A stretch of DNA of 64,000 nt from Diplonema japonicum (GCA_964019335.1 OZ025648.1:310001-374000), one strand, 5' to 3'; shown: positions 22,743-33,309, numbered from the stretch's first letter. The notes: generated by a model from the letters alone, not told the origin. A program made the numbers and translations.

Positions 22743-23638
22743 TTCTTTTTTTTTATTATTATAATATTGTAGGCAAATCACCTGTTGTGGGTTAAAAAAA
22801 AAAAAAAAAAGAAAAATACTAGTAATAAAAAAAAAAAAAGACATATTGGCATGCAGTGAAGGGACATCATTTTTGCTCTGTGTAGCTGCACAGGGAATAA
22901 GGCCCTCCCGGACCGAACTTTCGTGGCAGTACTAGGTATCTCTCAGGTTCGGACTCATCTTGCAACTCCTCCAGGTGCTGCTCATACTCCTCATCAGGCA
23001 AGAGGCACCCTTCAAGGGCTCCTACTAGCGTCCTAGTAGGTCGGAGAGTACCGTTCCCAACCACAAAAAAAAAAATTAACAGAGATAAAGCCATTCACAC
23101 GGGAAGGTAAACATTTATCACAAAGGGTTCAATGACACTTTTTGTATCGACACGGTTACGGAATCACATTCTTTTGTGGTTTCAACCAGTTTTTTTTTTT
23201 TTTTTTTTTTTTTTTTGCGGGTTTTCCCACATTTTGGTTGAAAAAAAAAAGAAGGGGGGAAGGGGGGAAGAACGAAAGAGGAAAGCAAGGAGGAAAGAAA
23301 AAACGAAAAAAAAGTCGTTTTTCTTTTTCCTCTTCCCCTTTCGACTTTTGATATCGACTTTAATAAAGCATGAAGGGTATGAAGAACTATTTCAACAACC
23401 CCCTCAAGGTGTGGTAGTCGAAAGCTAGAAGGAGAGAAACAAATAAAAGAATGAAGAAAAAAAGGGACCCTTCGGGTAGGTGGACTGAGTCAAGAATTCT
23501 TACAAAAGATTTAAAAAAAAAAAAAAAAGATGGATGTCCTTGAAGTTCTTGTCATCGGAAGACGTTCACTTTAAAAAGCTGCGAAGAAAAAAATTTGAGA
23601 GGGGGGGAGAAAAAAGAAGAGCAATTAAAAAAATTAAA

Positions 23639-23860
23639 CTAAACTATTTCGAATCTTGTTATTGGGGACCTTTCACTTTCTCTTGCAGGCTCTTGATGCC
23701 TATTGCAATAGACCATAGTTGCAATTGCCGTTCCCAGTAAAAAGATACCGATGCCAACCCCACATATGTACAGCCAGGTGACTGCCGCCTCTGTAGTATA
23801 AGGGGGGCCTTGTGTCTCCTCCATGCCGTTGACTACCAGAAGGAGGCCCTTCATTCGCAT
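23639..23860 (-). CDS. Minimal single-TM protein related to the surface-protein family (possibly degenerate)
   Basis: MRMKGLLLVV..., then TM VTWLYICGVGIGIFLLGTAIATMVY resembling WLYGLAGGVGALCIGTAIALTVY. The signal peptide looks truncated. Confidence 0.5.
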   Translation of the reverse strand: MRMKGLLLVVNGMEETQGPPYTTEAAVTWLYICGVGIGIFLLGTAIATMVYCNRHQEPARESERSPITRFEIV

Positions 23861-24981
23861 TTTTATTTTTTAATTTCTTGTGTGTAAATAACCTGTTGGA
23901 CATTTTTTTTTTTTTTTTTTTTTTGATGACATTTTGAGGGCGATGCAATGAGTAAATACTTTTTTTTTCTCCCCTTCTTTTCTTTCACACTCTTATTTTC
24001 CTTTTGTTTTGTTTTTTTTTTTTGTTTTTCTTTCCATTCTTGCATTGAAGGAAAGAGGAAAGAAATGGGAAATAAGAGAGATTGAGGGGGGGAAAAAAAA
24101 TAGAAGGAAGAAAAAAAAAAAAAAGAGTTTGTTCATGAAACAGCAGCACAAATTTATTTTGAATCACAAAAAAAGAAATCTCTCAAAGGCCATGACGATA
24201 AAAAGAGTGGGTGTTGCTGTAGTATACTTCTAAGGGTCAGGAAGCTATTTGTATTTTTTTCTTTCCCCCCCCTTCTTTTTTTTCTTTTTTTATGTTATTT
24301 CCCCCCTTTCCTGTTATTGTTGTGGCAATAAGAAAATTGTTTCATCTTACCTGCCCGAAACAAATGAAAAAGAGAATTTAAAAGAAAAAAAAAAGAAGAA
24401 GAAGAAAAAAAAAAAAAAAAAAAAAAAAGAGACATTTAATAAAAAAACCAAATCTATACCAAACAGCACTACGCACCTTTTCATTTCGTTTTAAGGCCAA
24501 TATCGAAAAATCAAACTTATTTATTTATCGAAACCCAGTTTAAAGCGTTTTTTTCTTTTTTTTTTTTAAAGCTGGGCTACACCAGTTACCACAAAAAAAA
24601 ATAATATCAAAGGGCACCGATTAACGGAGAGGAAGAAAAAATAATAGTATGTGTTTGTGACTGAGGGACAATGAGAAATAGTGGAGACAAAGTGAGACAG
24701 AGCTCACCCGGTTCTGGTTAAATTGAAAGGAATCCACCGAAGAATTTCTTTCGTTTTTTCTTTTTTCTTTTTTTTTTTTTTTTTTTGATCTTGGTTTTGG
24801 TTGTCTTGTATAATAAAAAGAGGAACAAAGTATAAAAACCTTTTTTAAAAAATCTTACAAGCATACCCAGCTCACTGCACATGGGTAACTGGCAGCAGTG
24901 GGTAAGGTAAAGGACTTTTTTTTTTTTGTTTTTTTCTTTTGTTCAAATTCTCATATTCTATTCTGTGCCACCACTGCAGCT

Positions 24982-26988
24982 TTAAATGTTTGTGTACCCA
25001 GCATCTCCGGGCGACTTCATCACAACCTCCTCACTGTCGTCACTAGGCAGGGCAACATTCTCCAAGTCACTTAACAACCTTTCCTCGGGGGCGGTAGAGG
25101 TTCTCCTCTTGCTGTACACTGTGAGGGCGATGGCGGAACCCATACACAGGGCACCCACACCACCTGCAAGCCCGTACAGCCACGACATCGAAGAGGAAGA
25201 AGAGGATCCCGACCCGTCATTGGGCTGCGGGACAGGGGCGCTGACCTTTGTGACAGGCTTCACGACAAGGGAACCCTCGCCACCGTCCACTAAAGGTCCC
25301 TTCCCCTCACCTGCTTGCTTAACCGCCTTTTCTATGTCAACCTCTATTTTTTTCGCGTCTTTCCCCTCAATGCGGTACTCCACGAACACACCTGTTTTGC
25401 TGTCGGAGCTGCTCGCCTGCTGGACTTCGGCATTTCCGTGACGTTCCTCCTTTAGGAAGTCCGTGTTCCATGCAGGGTTCATTTCCACTGCAGATTCCTT
25501 CCTTTCGTCTTCTGTCGGCATTCTGTTCCCCTCCTTCAACACACCCACAGCAGTCACCATCAACCAGTCGGGGTTGGCCCTCAGCCATGCTGACGCTCTC
25601 ACCATCGACATCCTGAACCTCCTCAGGAAGTCCCTGGGCTTCAGCATTACTTCGGTGATGTCACATTCAAACATTAGGAAGCTGTTGACCACCTCAACAA
25701 GGGCTAGCTCGTCACTAGGGGTCTCTTCACGGTCGTCCTTGCTTCTCTTGGAATCAAAGTCCCAGGGTTTGTCCACGCCCTGCTCTTCCCTGTGGCCATT
25801 GCTCTCGCCCATGTGCTTGCGCGACTCCCAGTCCCTGCCTTCACCATCGCCAGTATGCTCATGTTCAAAGTGCCTGTCGTTCTTCCCGTAATATTCCTCG
25901 TCGCTGGGTGAGTCGTCAAAGACAGCGTCTCCACCTTCGTAGTTGTTGTCGAAGTCTTTACCTTGCTTGCCATTGAAATCTGTGCCATCAAAGCCTTCAC
26001 CTTTGTGCTTGCCATCGAAGTCGAAGTCGAAGTCTTTGCCATCAAAACCATCACCATTCTGCTTGCCATCGAAGTCCTTGTCGTCAAAGCCGTCGCCCTT
26101 CTGCTTGCCGTCGAAATCCTTGTCAAAGTCATCGTCGCCCTTCTGCTTGCCATCGAAGTCCTTGTCATCAAAGCCTTCACCATTCTGCTTGCCGTCGAAG
26201 TCCTTGTCAAAGTCATCGTGACCCTTGTGCTTGCCATCGAAGTCGAACTCTTCACCCTTCTGCTGGTTGCCATCAAAGTCCTTATCATCAAAGCCATCGT
26301 GACCCTTGTGCTTGCCATCAAAGCTGTCACCCTTCTGCTTGCCATCGAAGTCCTTGTCATCAAAGCCATCGTGACCCTTGTGCTTACCATCGAAGTCGAA
26401 GTCTTTGCCATCAAAGCCTTCACCCTTGTGCTTGCCGTCGAAGTCCTTGTCGTCAAAGCCATCGTGACCCTTGTGCTTGCCGTCGAAGTCGAAGTCTTTG
26501 CCATCAAAGCCATCACCCTTCTGCTTTCCGTCGATGTCTTTGTCGTCAAAGCCATCGTGACCCTTGTGCTTACCATCGAAGTCGAAGTCCTTGCCATCAA
26601 AGCCTTCACCCTTGTGCTTGCCATCGAAGTCCTTGTCGTCAAAGCCATCGTGACCCTTGTGCTTGCCATCGAAGTCGAAGTCCTTGTCATCAAAGCCATC
26701 ACCCTTCTGCTTGCCGTCGAAGTCCTTGTCATCAAAGCCATCGTGACCCTTGTGCTTACCATCGAAGTCATCACCCTTTTGCCCATCGAAGTCTTTGCCT
26801 TCGTACTTGCGGTTGAAGTTCATCTTCCCTTCAGGAAGAGGTGCCGCCCCTTCTTTTATGATGTGACGGTCCTTCTTCTTCACTATCTTTTCAGCATGTC
26901 TGAGGGCACCGTGGGCCTCTTGTGACGCGACAGCGCAGCTGGCTGGCACCATGGCACACAGCACCAGAAGCAAACTTTTCGACTTCAT
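24982..26988 (-). CDS. Type-I membrane protein with DFDGK/GHDGFDDK repeat array and SEA-like juxtamembrane domain
   Basis: Signal MKSKSLLLVLCAMVPASCA, ~290 aa of D/G/K/F/H repeats, domain FLRRFRMSM...GVFVEYRI, and the same TM cassette as the 19952 and 22164 genes. Confidence 0.85.
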   Translation of the reverse strand: MKSKSLLLVLCAMVPASCAVASQEAHGALRHAEKIVKKKDRHIIKEGAAPLPEGKMNFNRKYEGKDFDGQKGDDFDGKHKGHDGFDDKDFDGKQKGDGFDDKDFDFDGKHKGHDGFDDKDFDGKHKGEGFDGKDFDFDGKHKGHDGFDDKDIDGKQKGDGFDGKDFDFDGKHKGHDGFDDKDFDGKHKGEGFDGKDFDFDGKHKGHDGFDDKDFDGKQKGDSFDGKHKGHDGFDDKDFDGNQQKGEEFDFDGKHKGHDDFDKDFDGKQNGEGFDDKDFDGKQKGDDDFDKDFDGKQKGDGFDDKDFDGKQNGDGFDGKDFDFDFDGKHKGEGFDGTDFNGKQGKDFDNNYEGGDAVFDDSPSDEEYYGKNDRHFEHEHTGDGEGRDWESRKHMGESNGHREEQGVDKPWDFDSKRSKDDREETPSDELALVEVVNSFLMFECDITEVMLKPRDFLRRFRMSMVRASAWLRANPDWLMVTAVGVLKEGNRMPTEDERKESAVEMNPAWNTDFLKEERHGNAEVQQASSSDSKTGVFVEYRIEGKDAKKIEVDIEKAVKQAGEGKGPLVDGGEGSLVVKPVTKVSAPVPQPNDGSGSSSSSSMSWLYGLAGGVGALCMGSAIALTVYSKRRTSTAPEERLLSDLENVALPSDDSEEVVMKSPGDAGYTNI
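25950..26800 (-). repeat. Coding minisatellite (DFDGK-based units)
   Basis: Repeated GCTTGCCATCGAAGTC and AAAGCCATCGTGACCCTTGT blocks on the + strand. Confidence 0.9.
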
Positions 26989-27859
26989 TTTATGGTCAGT
27001 AAAATCTGTGTGTTGTGTGATTACTTTTTTTCTTCTTTTTTTCTTCTTCTTTTTTACTGTTTCAAGATCGGCGGGGAAAGAAGAATGGTATCGTCTTATC
27101 CGAACCCATGGAGGGGTGTACCCCACTACTTGTCAAAACCTCGTGCTTGAGATGGGGTAAAGACAAATCACAAAGGTGAGTTACAAAAGCCTCTTTAGTG
27201 TCAAGGGTTTACCACAACCTCGCAAAAAAAAAAAAAAAAAAAAATCAAAAAAAAGAAAAAAAAGAATAGGCGAGTTCTTTGTTTGTGCTGGTCCCTCACA
27301 AGTGTTTCTGACTGTCATTAAAAAATATGGGCGAAGAACGGGATAACTTGTTTATTGAACCTCTCGTGTCCAGAGCTTCTCCAAGGCAACACCACCCAAG
27401 CATAGGAAGTAGAAAAAAAACAAAAAGAGAAAAAGAAGGGGGTAAAAAAAAAAAGAAGAAATATTGCTCTGGGGGGGATAACAACAAGGGGGAAAGATGT
27501 GAATAAAAAGAGGGAAAAAAACGGAAAAAAAAAAGATGGAGGGGAGAAGCAAAGACCACATCGGACAGGAGCGTGGGGGACAAAGCAAAATTTCAAGGTG
27601 GGGGCAACATGCCACCTACTTTTTTTTCTCTTTTTTTTTCTCCATTCATCTGCAGGGAAGTTTTCTTTTTTTTTTTTTGTTTTCTATTATTTTTATATAA
27701 TCGTCCTTAGATTGTACCTAAGGCTGCACTTATTTATTTTTTCTGCATTTTTCTTTTTAAAAGTTTATTCTGACCCCGCAAAATCAAAGAGAAAAGGAAA
27801 TATACGGGCAATCTCGAGAGCACTACACCTGATATAAGAGGAGGCACTGCAACAATTTT

Positions 27860-27895
<36 letters not shown>

Positions 27896-28033
27896 ACAGA
27901 GGGGAGGCAAGAAAAGAAAAGTAAAAAAAAAAGGAGGGGGGGAATATGATTTTTGTTCTTTGATGGTTTTCTTCCATATTTTTTTTTCTTTTTTCTTTTT
28001 TTTTAAAAAAAAATATTGTTTCTCCCAATATTC

Positions 28034-28224
28034 TTATTTGTAGCTGGACAAGGGGTTACCCATTGTGTACGACTGGGACAAGGGCTGAACGTGGTCAATG
28101 GCCTCCTTGGCATCGTTGGAAACAGCACCGTGGGGGATGCTCGCAAGCTCAGCCGGCTCAGCCACCTCGTACAGGAACAAACGGCCAAAGTGCCTCTGCA
28201 CCATACCAATGATACCGGCTCTGC

Positions 28225-28257
<33 letters not shown>

Positions 28258-29390
28258 CCAATACCTGTCCCTAATGGTGACCTTCTTACCGGCCTTAACA
28301 AGGCCCTTCGCAACGACAAGAGGCTGCGACTCCTCAATGATGTCCACGGGGCAGTGGCTCTTGTAGGCAACATCAGTGATCACGTAGTGGTCGAGCCCCT
28401 GGTCCAGAAGCGACTTCACCATGAACTCGGCGTGGTTGACGTTGTATTTGTCAGTAGCGTCGCAGATCAACGGCGGGACGCCCACTGACCTTGCGTAGTT
28501 GCCCAGCGCGCGGTTGTCCCTGGGGAAGCAGGGGCCACCGAACCCGTACCCGGGCATCAGGTACTTCCCGCCCACACGGGTGTCGCAGCCAACAGCCTTC
28601 AAGATTTCAAACTTATCAGCACCAGGAGTGCGGTCGGCAATGTCACCGATCATGTTGGCGTACGAGATCTTCGTCGTCACAAAGCAGTTCACAGAAAGCT
28701 TCATGATCTCCGCGGACTGGGGAGACATGCGGCAGAAACGGGGGTCGTTCACAGTGCACGCCTTGTTGTAGTTTATGTGGAAGAGAAAAAAAAGAAAAAG
28801 AGAAGAAAAAAAAATACCGTGTAGAGGTTCTCAAGGATCTCGCCAGCGTCTTTGCTGCCCTCACCGATGAGCACGCAGTCGGGGTTGAGCAGGCCCTTCA
28901 TCACGTCGCCTTGCGCGATGAACTCAGGGTTGTATGAGAGTGTGCTGTTCTCGCAGTCTCTGACAAGGAACTGGCCGATGTGGGAGATGTATCCAGGCTG
29001 GACGGTGCAGCAGATCACGATGTGCTTGTCCTTGGGCTTGAAGGCGTTGATGTCGGCAAGCAGTTTGCTGAGGGTTGAAATGTCGTAGATGTCCTCGCCG
29101 CCACCGGTGGGTGTCGCGACCAGGATGAAGATGATGTCTGAGAAGTCGACAGCCTCCTTCAGGGAGGTGGTGGCCTTGAACCTCTTTGCGTCCTGCAGGT
29201 ACTCCTTCACCATGGGCTCTGTGGAGTTGAGGGTCTTGTTGTTCAGCGAGTCGACGTACGACTGCACCACGTCCACAGCCAGGACATCCCACCCAGCCTT
29301 CTCGAACACAAGGGCCGTGCACAACCCCAGTCTCCCAACACCCACGATGGAGAGCTTCTTGCCGTCGATCACCTTCTGTGCCGCCGCCAT
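28034..29390 (-). CDS. UGDH: UDP-glucose 6-dehydrogenase family protein, 3 exons
   Basis: Rossmann IVGVGRLG, ILVATPT, YNPEFIAQG, SAEIMKL and catalytic GFGGPCFPRD. Introns at 28762-28817 and 28221-28264. Confidence 0.9.
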
Positions 29391-29432
29391 TTTATTTTTT
29401 TTTGTCTTTTTTTTCCTTCGGATTTTTTTTTT

Positions 29433-29547
29433 GCAAGAACGAGTCTTTGACTTGTCTACACAAAAGGGGAACGTCGGCAACGTGTTTCGGGTTGACAAAC
29501 TTCTCCAGGTTTTACCCGGCACGTACAAACAACGGCCAGTTCCTCTT
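29433..29547 (-). promoter_or_regulatory. Conserved ~120-bp upstream module, copy 2 (43 bp before the UGDH ATG)
   Basis: Collinear match to 8891-9017, same orientation relative to its gene. Confidence 0.6.
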
Positions 29548-29661
29548 TTTCTTTTTTTTTTCCAAATAGAAGAACAGAAATGAAGGAAAGAAGTTTGCAA
29601 AACGAGACAAGAACTTTCAATTCGGAAGAGAGAAAGCCTTCCCCCCCACCCACTCCCCTAT

Positions 29662-31119
29662 TCACTCATCCACGCCAGGAACACCAAAGAAAACGGGGCT
29701 TGGCGAATATTCAGCATCCACGACGGTACCCGACCGCATCCTAACGGGTATGGCCTCTGGAAAGTCGAAGTCTGCACGGCTGACCTTCTCGTTGTGGAAG
29801 TGCGTTTCCTTTGTACCAATACAGCTTAGGGATGGGTTGCGTTCAAAGAGCTTTTTGAAACCCGCGAGGATAACGGGGATGTCGGCGATCGAGTTGCCGC
29901 TAAAAGACACCTGGATAAGCGACACGGTCGACTGTGGCGTGGTCAGGGAAGCAACGATGGGGATGAGCGTCCCAGAGTGCAAGGAAAGGTTCTCGAGAAG
30001 CAACGACTGCAACGCTGTGTATTCCCGAAGAGCGTGGAGGAGACCTCTCACGGCAGACTCGGAAAGCCCTGTCCTGGAGAGGTTCAAACCTTTAATTGGA
30101 AGCCGTCTGTTCCTCATGAACACATCTGCCAAGCACACATCGCCAATGCATTTTGTATCAGACACATCAAAGGAGAGCAGCGTGTCACCGTCCTCCATGA
30201 AATCAGCGATATCTTGTGCTACCCCCCTTCCCATACCAGTGCGTGATACGCTGAGCCACTTGATGTTGTGCAAGACATCCGTGGACAACACATTGCTCAA
30301 TGAATCTCCGATATCATTATTTGACAAGTCCAGTGCAAGGAGGTTCTCGCACATACGGAGCCCTTCCTTCAACGATGCCACGCCGTCCTCCTTCAACCCC
30401 GTCTGCGAGATGTTCAGCTCGGTCAAGCTTTCCGCGAACTGCAATTTTCCCAAAAACATCTCCGGTTGCTCGCCAAGACTGTTGCCTGCGATGTTCAGCG
30501 TTCTCAACGCCTTGCACCCCAACACAACACCTCCTACCGCACACGGGAACCTCGTGCATCTGCAGTTGTTATAACTAACATTCAAAGTCCTCAGAGTAGG
30601 GTGGGCTTCTATGGAACACAGAAGCGTCGTTAACGTACCTTGAAGATTAGCATGGGAAAGGTCAAGTGTTGCAAGTTCTTTGTTGCTCTTCAGCGATCTA
30701 GGAAGCCCTGTGGCTAGTGACAAATCGTTCCGGGATAATAGGAGGTGGCGGAGCCGTGTGTTACCGTCGAGTAGAATAGCGAGCTGGCCTTCGATGTCCT
30801 CCAGTCTGCACCCCACTAAGCCAAGCCGCTCAACTACTGCGTTTACCCGTAGTGCTTGAGATACAGCACGAAGGTCGTCCATTCCTAGTTTTGTTCCATG
30901 CATGTCTAGTATGCCCAGCTTCACGTTTTCTCTTAGCAGAAGTCTTCCAAGCTGCCCCGCCGCCTGTTTTGCTAGCTCGCATTCCATGATGACCAGCCTT
31001 CGCAGCCCTGCCTCCACCCTTGCCTTCACCTCCCCTATCTCGTCGTACGACACCTTCTTCCCTCTATACGCAAATGTGTCTAAATCCTCGCTGCCCCCTA
31101 GCATGCTTACTGTGTTCAT
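29662..31119 (-). CDS. RNI-like leucine-rich repeat protein
   Basis: ~28-aa repeats LRHLLLSRNDL, LATLDLSHANL, LRTLNVSYNN, LRTLNIAGNSL and LLALDLSNNDI. Probable start MNTVSML. Confidence 0.85.
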   Translation of the reverse strand: MNTVSMLGGSEDLDTFAYRGKKVSYDEIGEVKARVEAGLRRLVIMECELAKQAAGQLGRLLLRENVKLGILDMHGTKLGMDDLRAVSQALRVNAVVERLGLVGCRLEDIEGQLAILLDGNTRLRHLLLSRNDLSLATGLPRSLKSNKELATLDLSHANLQGTLTTLLCSIEAHPTLRTLNVSYNNCRCTRFPCAVGGVVLGCKALRTLNIAGNSLGEQPEMFLGKLQFAESLTELNISQTGLKEDGVASLKEGLRMCENLLALDLSNNDIGDSLSNVLSTDVLHNIKWLSVSRTGMGRGVAQDIADFMEDGDTLLSFDVSDTKCIGDVCLADVFMRNRRLPIKGLNLSRTGLSESAVRGLLHALREYTALQSLLLENLSLHSGTLIPIVASLTTPQSTVSLIQVSFSGNSIADIPVILAGFKKLFERNPSLSCIGTKETHFHNEKVSRADFDFPEAIPVRMRSGTVVDAEYSPSPVFFGVPGVDE

Positions 31120-31258
31120 GCTTTTTTTTTCTCTTTTTTTTTCTTTGATCCTTGGGAGCAAGGGAGGAGTCACTTTTTCTTTTTTTTTTTCTTCTTCCTC
31201 GCAGGGAAAAAGGTGGGTATTTTTTTTTTTTTTTTTGGTTCTTCCCCATTTTTTTTCT

Positions 31259-31294
<36 letters not shown>

Positions 31295-31380
31295 CGCGCG
31301 ATAAGCCCAACATTGCTACCACTACCTCTTTTAGCACTAACATTCCATTGCCGTTCTTGTTCAAAAAAAAAAAAAAAAAA

Positions 31381-31810
31381 GAGACATTTAAGGGTACCTG
31401 CGGTATGTGACAGGACGCCTGAAGAGTCTCAATCTATCTTTTGATCGAACCTTTCTGTTGTAGTATGGCCTTCAACCCCTCGTTCACCCTCCTCGGTACC
31501 TTAGGATGAAACCCTCAACCGAGTTGGTAAGGACACAATAGTTGTACAGTTGTTTCTCAAGGATGTGGCGGGTCGCCGGGGAGGCGAATACCGGTCTAGA
31601 GGAGTAGCCCCTTATGGAGCCGTTGTAGTAACCCAACGTGCGTAGGGAGTGGACAGAGTCTACCGAAGCAGCTGGAATGAGGGGCGCTATGCGCTTATTG
31701 GTGTGGATGCGTTCTAGTGCCGCTATCACCCGGCCTATGACACGCGCGCTCTCCTGGATGTCCTCACCCTCTCCACAAGGCGAGAGTCCCTCTGTGGCAA
31801 TGAAGTCTAC
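31381..31810 (-). mobile_element. Putative retroelement 3' remnant; longest member of the GAGACATTTAAGGG repeat family
   Basis: The first 41 bp are 40/41 identical to 62026-62066 and 62678-62718. The sequence continues into a coding-like minus-strand frame (31484-31810) with no good start and is flanked by A-runs. Confidence 0.45.
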
Positions 31811-31885
31811 AAAAAAAAAAAAAGAACTGCGTTTTGCCAGGTAAGAAAAAGAAGTAAAATAGAGGGGCAACGGCATTCCCCCCCA

Positions 31886-33166
31886 CTACCGGAAGTCAAC
31901 CTGATCGGCCTTGAACTCAGGGTACTCATACCCGCGGGGTGGGCACCACCCTGCTCCTTTTAGATTTTTGTTTTTCTCGGTGAATTTTTTGAAGGAGCCG
32001 TAGTCCCTATCGTGGGTGAACGATACGCAAACAGGGTCCGGAGGGGTGGTTTCGGGCACATAATCAGGCGAAAAATGCAGAAGCGAGCGACGGTACTCAG
32101 AGTTGCGCATCCATATAATAAGGTTCTGTCGCTCACCTGAAGTGATGTTATCAGCACCATGCCGCAGGTTGCCCCTGTGCATGAGACAGTGGCCTTTACG
32201 GTGGCGTACCTGTTTGGGAGATTTTCGGTGGTCGGCCTCGTCAATAAAACCGCAGAAATGAAGCCCGGCACCCTCGAAGTCCTTCCCTAAGCAAATGTTC
32301 ACCGTTACATCGCTGTCGTCGGTGTGCATGTCAAGGCCGAGGTCCTCATCAGTTCGGTATCGCACTGTGAAACTATGGTTCGTGTTGCAGTCGCTCCCTG
32401 GACCGGGGAACAACGCCGACGAGATCTCGTGGAAGTAATTCTTAAAGAGCGTTCTCACCATATCCCCCATGCCTATGTCGCTCAGTACAACACCATAATT
32501 GTTCATAGAGTTCGGTCTTGTGCACGGCAACCCCGTTGAGTTGAACCCATCAACCTCGTTTAAAATCAAATCGCACGCTTTTTCCGACAACACCGGGAAG
32601 GTCCACACTTTTCCCGGAACAGCCTCGTTGAACAGTGTGGAGAAGTCACTTTGTTGAACCGCTTTCAGAAAAACCGGGGAAAACCATTCAGCGTTCCAAG
32701 ACGCTGCGAATAGTTCCGGGTGCCTGCGGTGGGGAGCGTAGGCCTCGATTCCCTGTATGTGTTTGTCGTTATGTTCAGATTTCCAATCTGAGTTCAACAA
32801 CGATGTTATATACGTTGCTGCTGTCACGAAGTCGGTCGGATACGGTTTGTGAAGATACCTGACTTCCGCGGTTTCTGGTTCCACAGACGTGTGGTGTATC
32901 GCAGACAGAAAGTGTACCCCTACGGTGTTTTCTTGTATTTTGTCAAATCGGAATTCTACGGTGTGGTCGCCGGCGTAGCAGCTGCCGGGTTCGCCTCTTA
33001 GTACGCATTCTATTGTGAAGACCCTTCCCCCTGAAGGGTTTTGTTTGAACTTCCCGTCCAAATGGTCGCAAAAATAGTTCCTCTGTGTTGGTTTAGAAAC
33101 CGACACCACATTCTTCATACTCTCAACAATGGGGATGGCATCGACAACCTTTTTAAGCATCGACAT
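31886..33166 (-). CDS. 2OG-Fe(II) oxygenase (OGFOD2-like) with N-terminal UBC-like region
   Basis: RPNSMNNYGVVL, HTDDSDVTVNICLG (HxD), HRGNLRHGA and GERQNLIIW. Confidence 0.85.
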   Translation of the reverse strand: MSMLKKVVDAIPIVESMKNVVSVSKPTQRNYFCDHLDGKFKQNPSGGRVFTIECVLRGEPGSCYAGDHTVEFRFDKIQENTVGVHFLSAIHHTSVEPETAEVRYLHKPYPTDFVTAATYITSLLNSDWKSEHNDKHIQGIEAYAPHRRHPELFAASWNAEWFSPVFLKAVQQSDFSTLFNEAVPGKVWTFPVLSEKACDLILNEVDGFNSTGLPCTRPNSMNNYGVVLSDIGMGDMVRTLFKNYFHEISSALFPGPGSDCNTNHSFTVRYRTDEDLGLDMHTDDSDVTVNICLGKDFEGAGLHFCGFIDEADHRKSPKQVRHRKGHCLMHRGNLRHGADNITSGERQNLIIWMRNSEYRRSLLHFSPDYVPETTPPDPVCVSFTHDRDYGSFKKFTEKNKNLKGAGWCPPRGYEYPEFKADQVDFR

Positions 33167-33309
33167 TTCTTTTTTTTTTTTTGGGAGACCGTCAAAAAAA
33201 AAAAATTCAAAAAAAGTAAATTAGACGGAAAATAAATACTAGTATTAAGAAGGATGACACGTGTAAAGGAGGGGGGGGGAAGGGGAGGAACTTTTTTCTT
33301 TCGTCCCCC

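Noticed and set aside
25950-26800. CRISPR-like array
   Set aside because: It is an in-frame coding minisatellite without unique spacers, in a eukaryotic context with no cas genes.
31419-31455. Hammerhead ribozyme core (CTGAAGA ... GAA)
   Set aside because: GAAC replaces GAAA, stem II is poor, and there are extra bases between stem I and the core; at most a decayed relic.
31484-31876. 130-aa ORF as a real gene
   Set aside because: The N-terminus is translated T-run spacer, the ATG is only 10 bp from the previous stop, and no phase-compatible splice from the upstream gene was found; treated as an element remnant.
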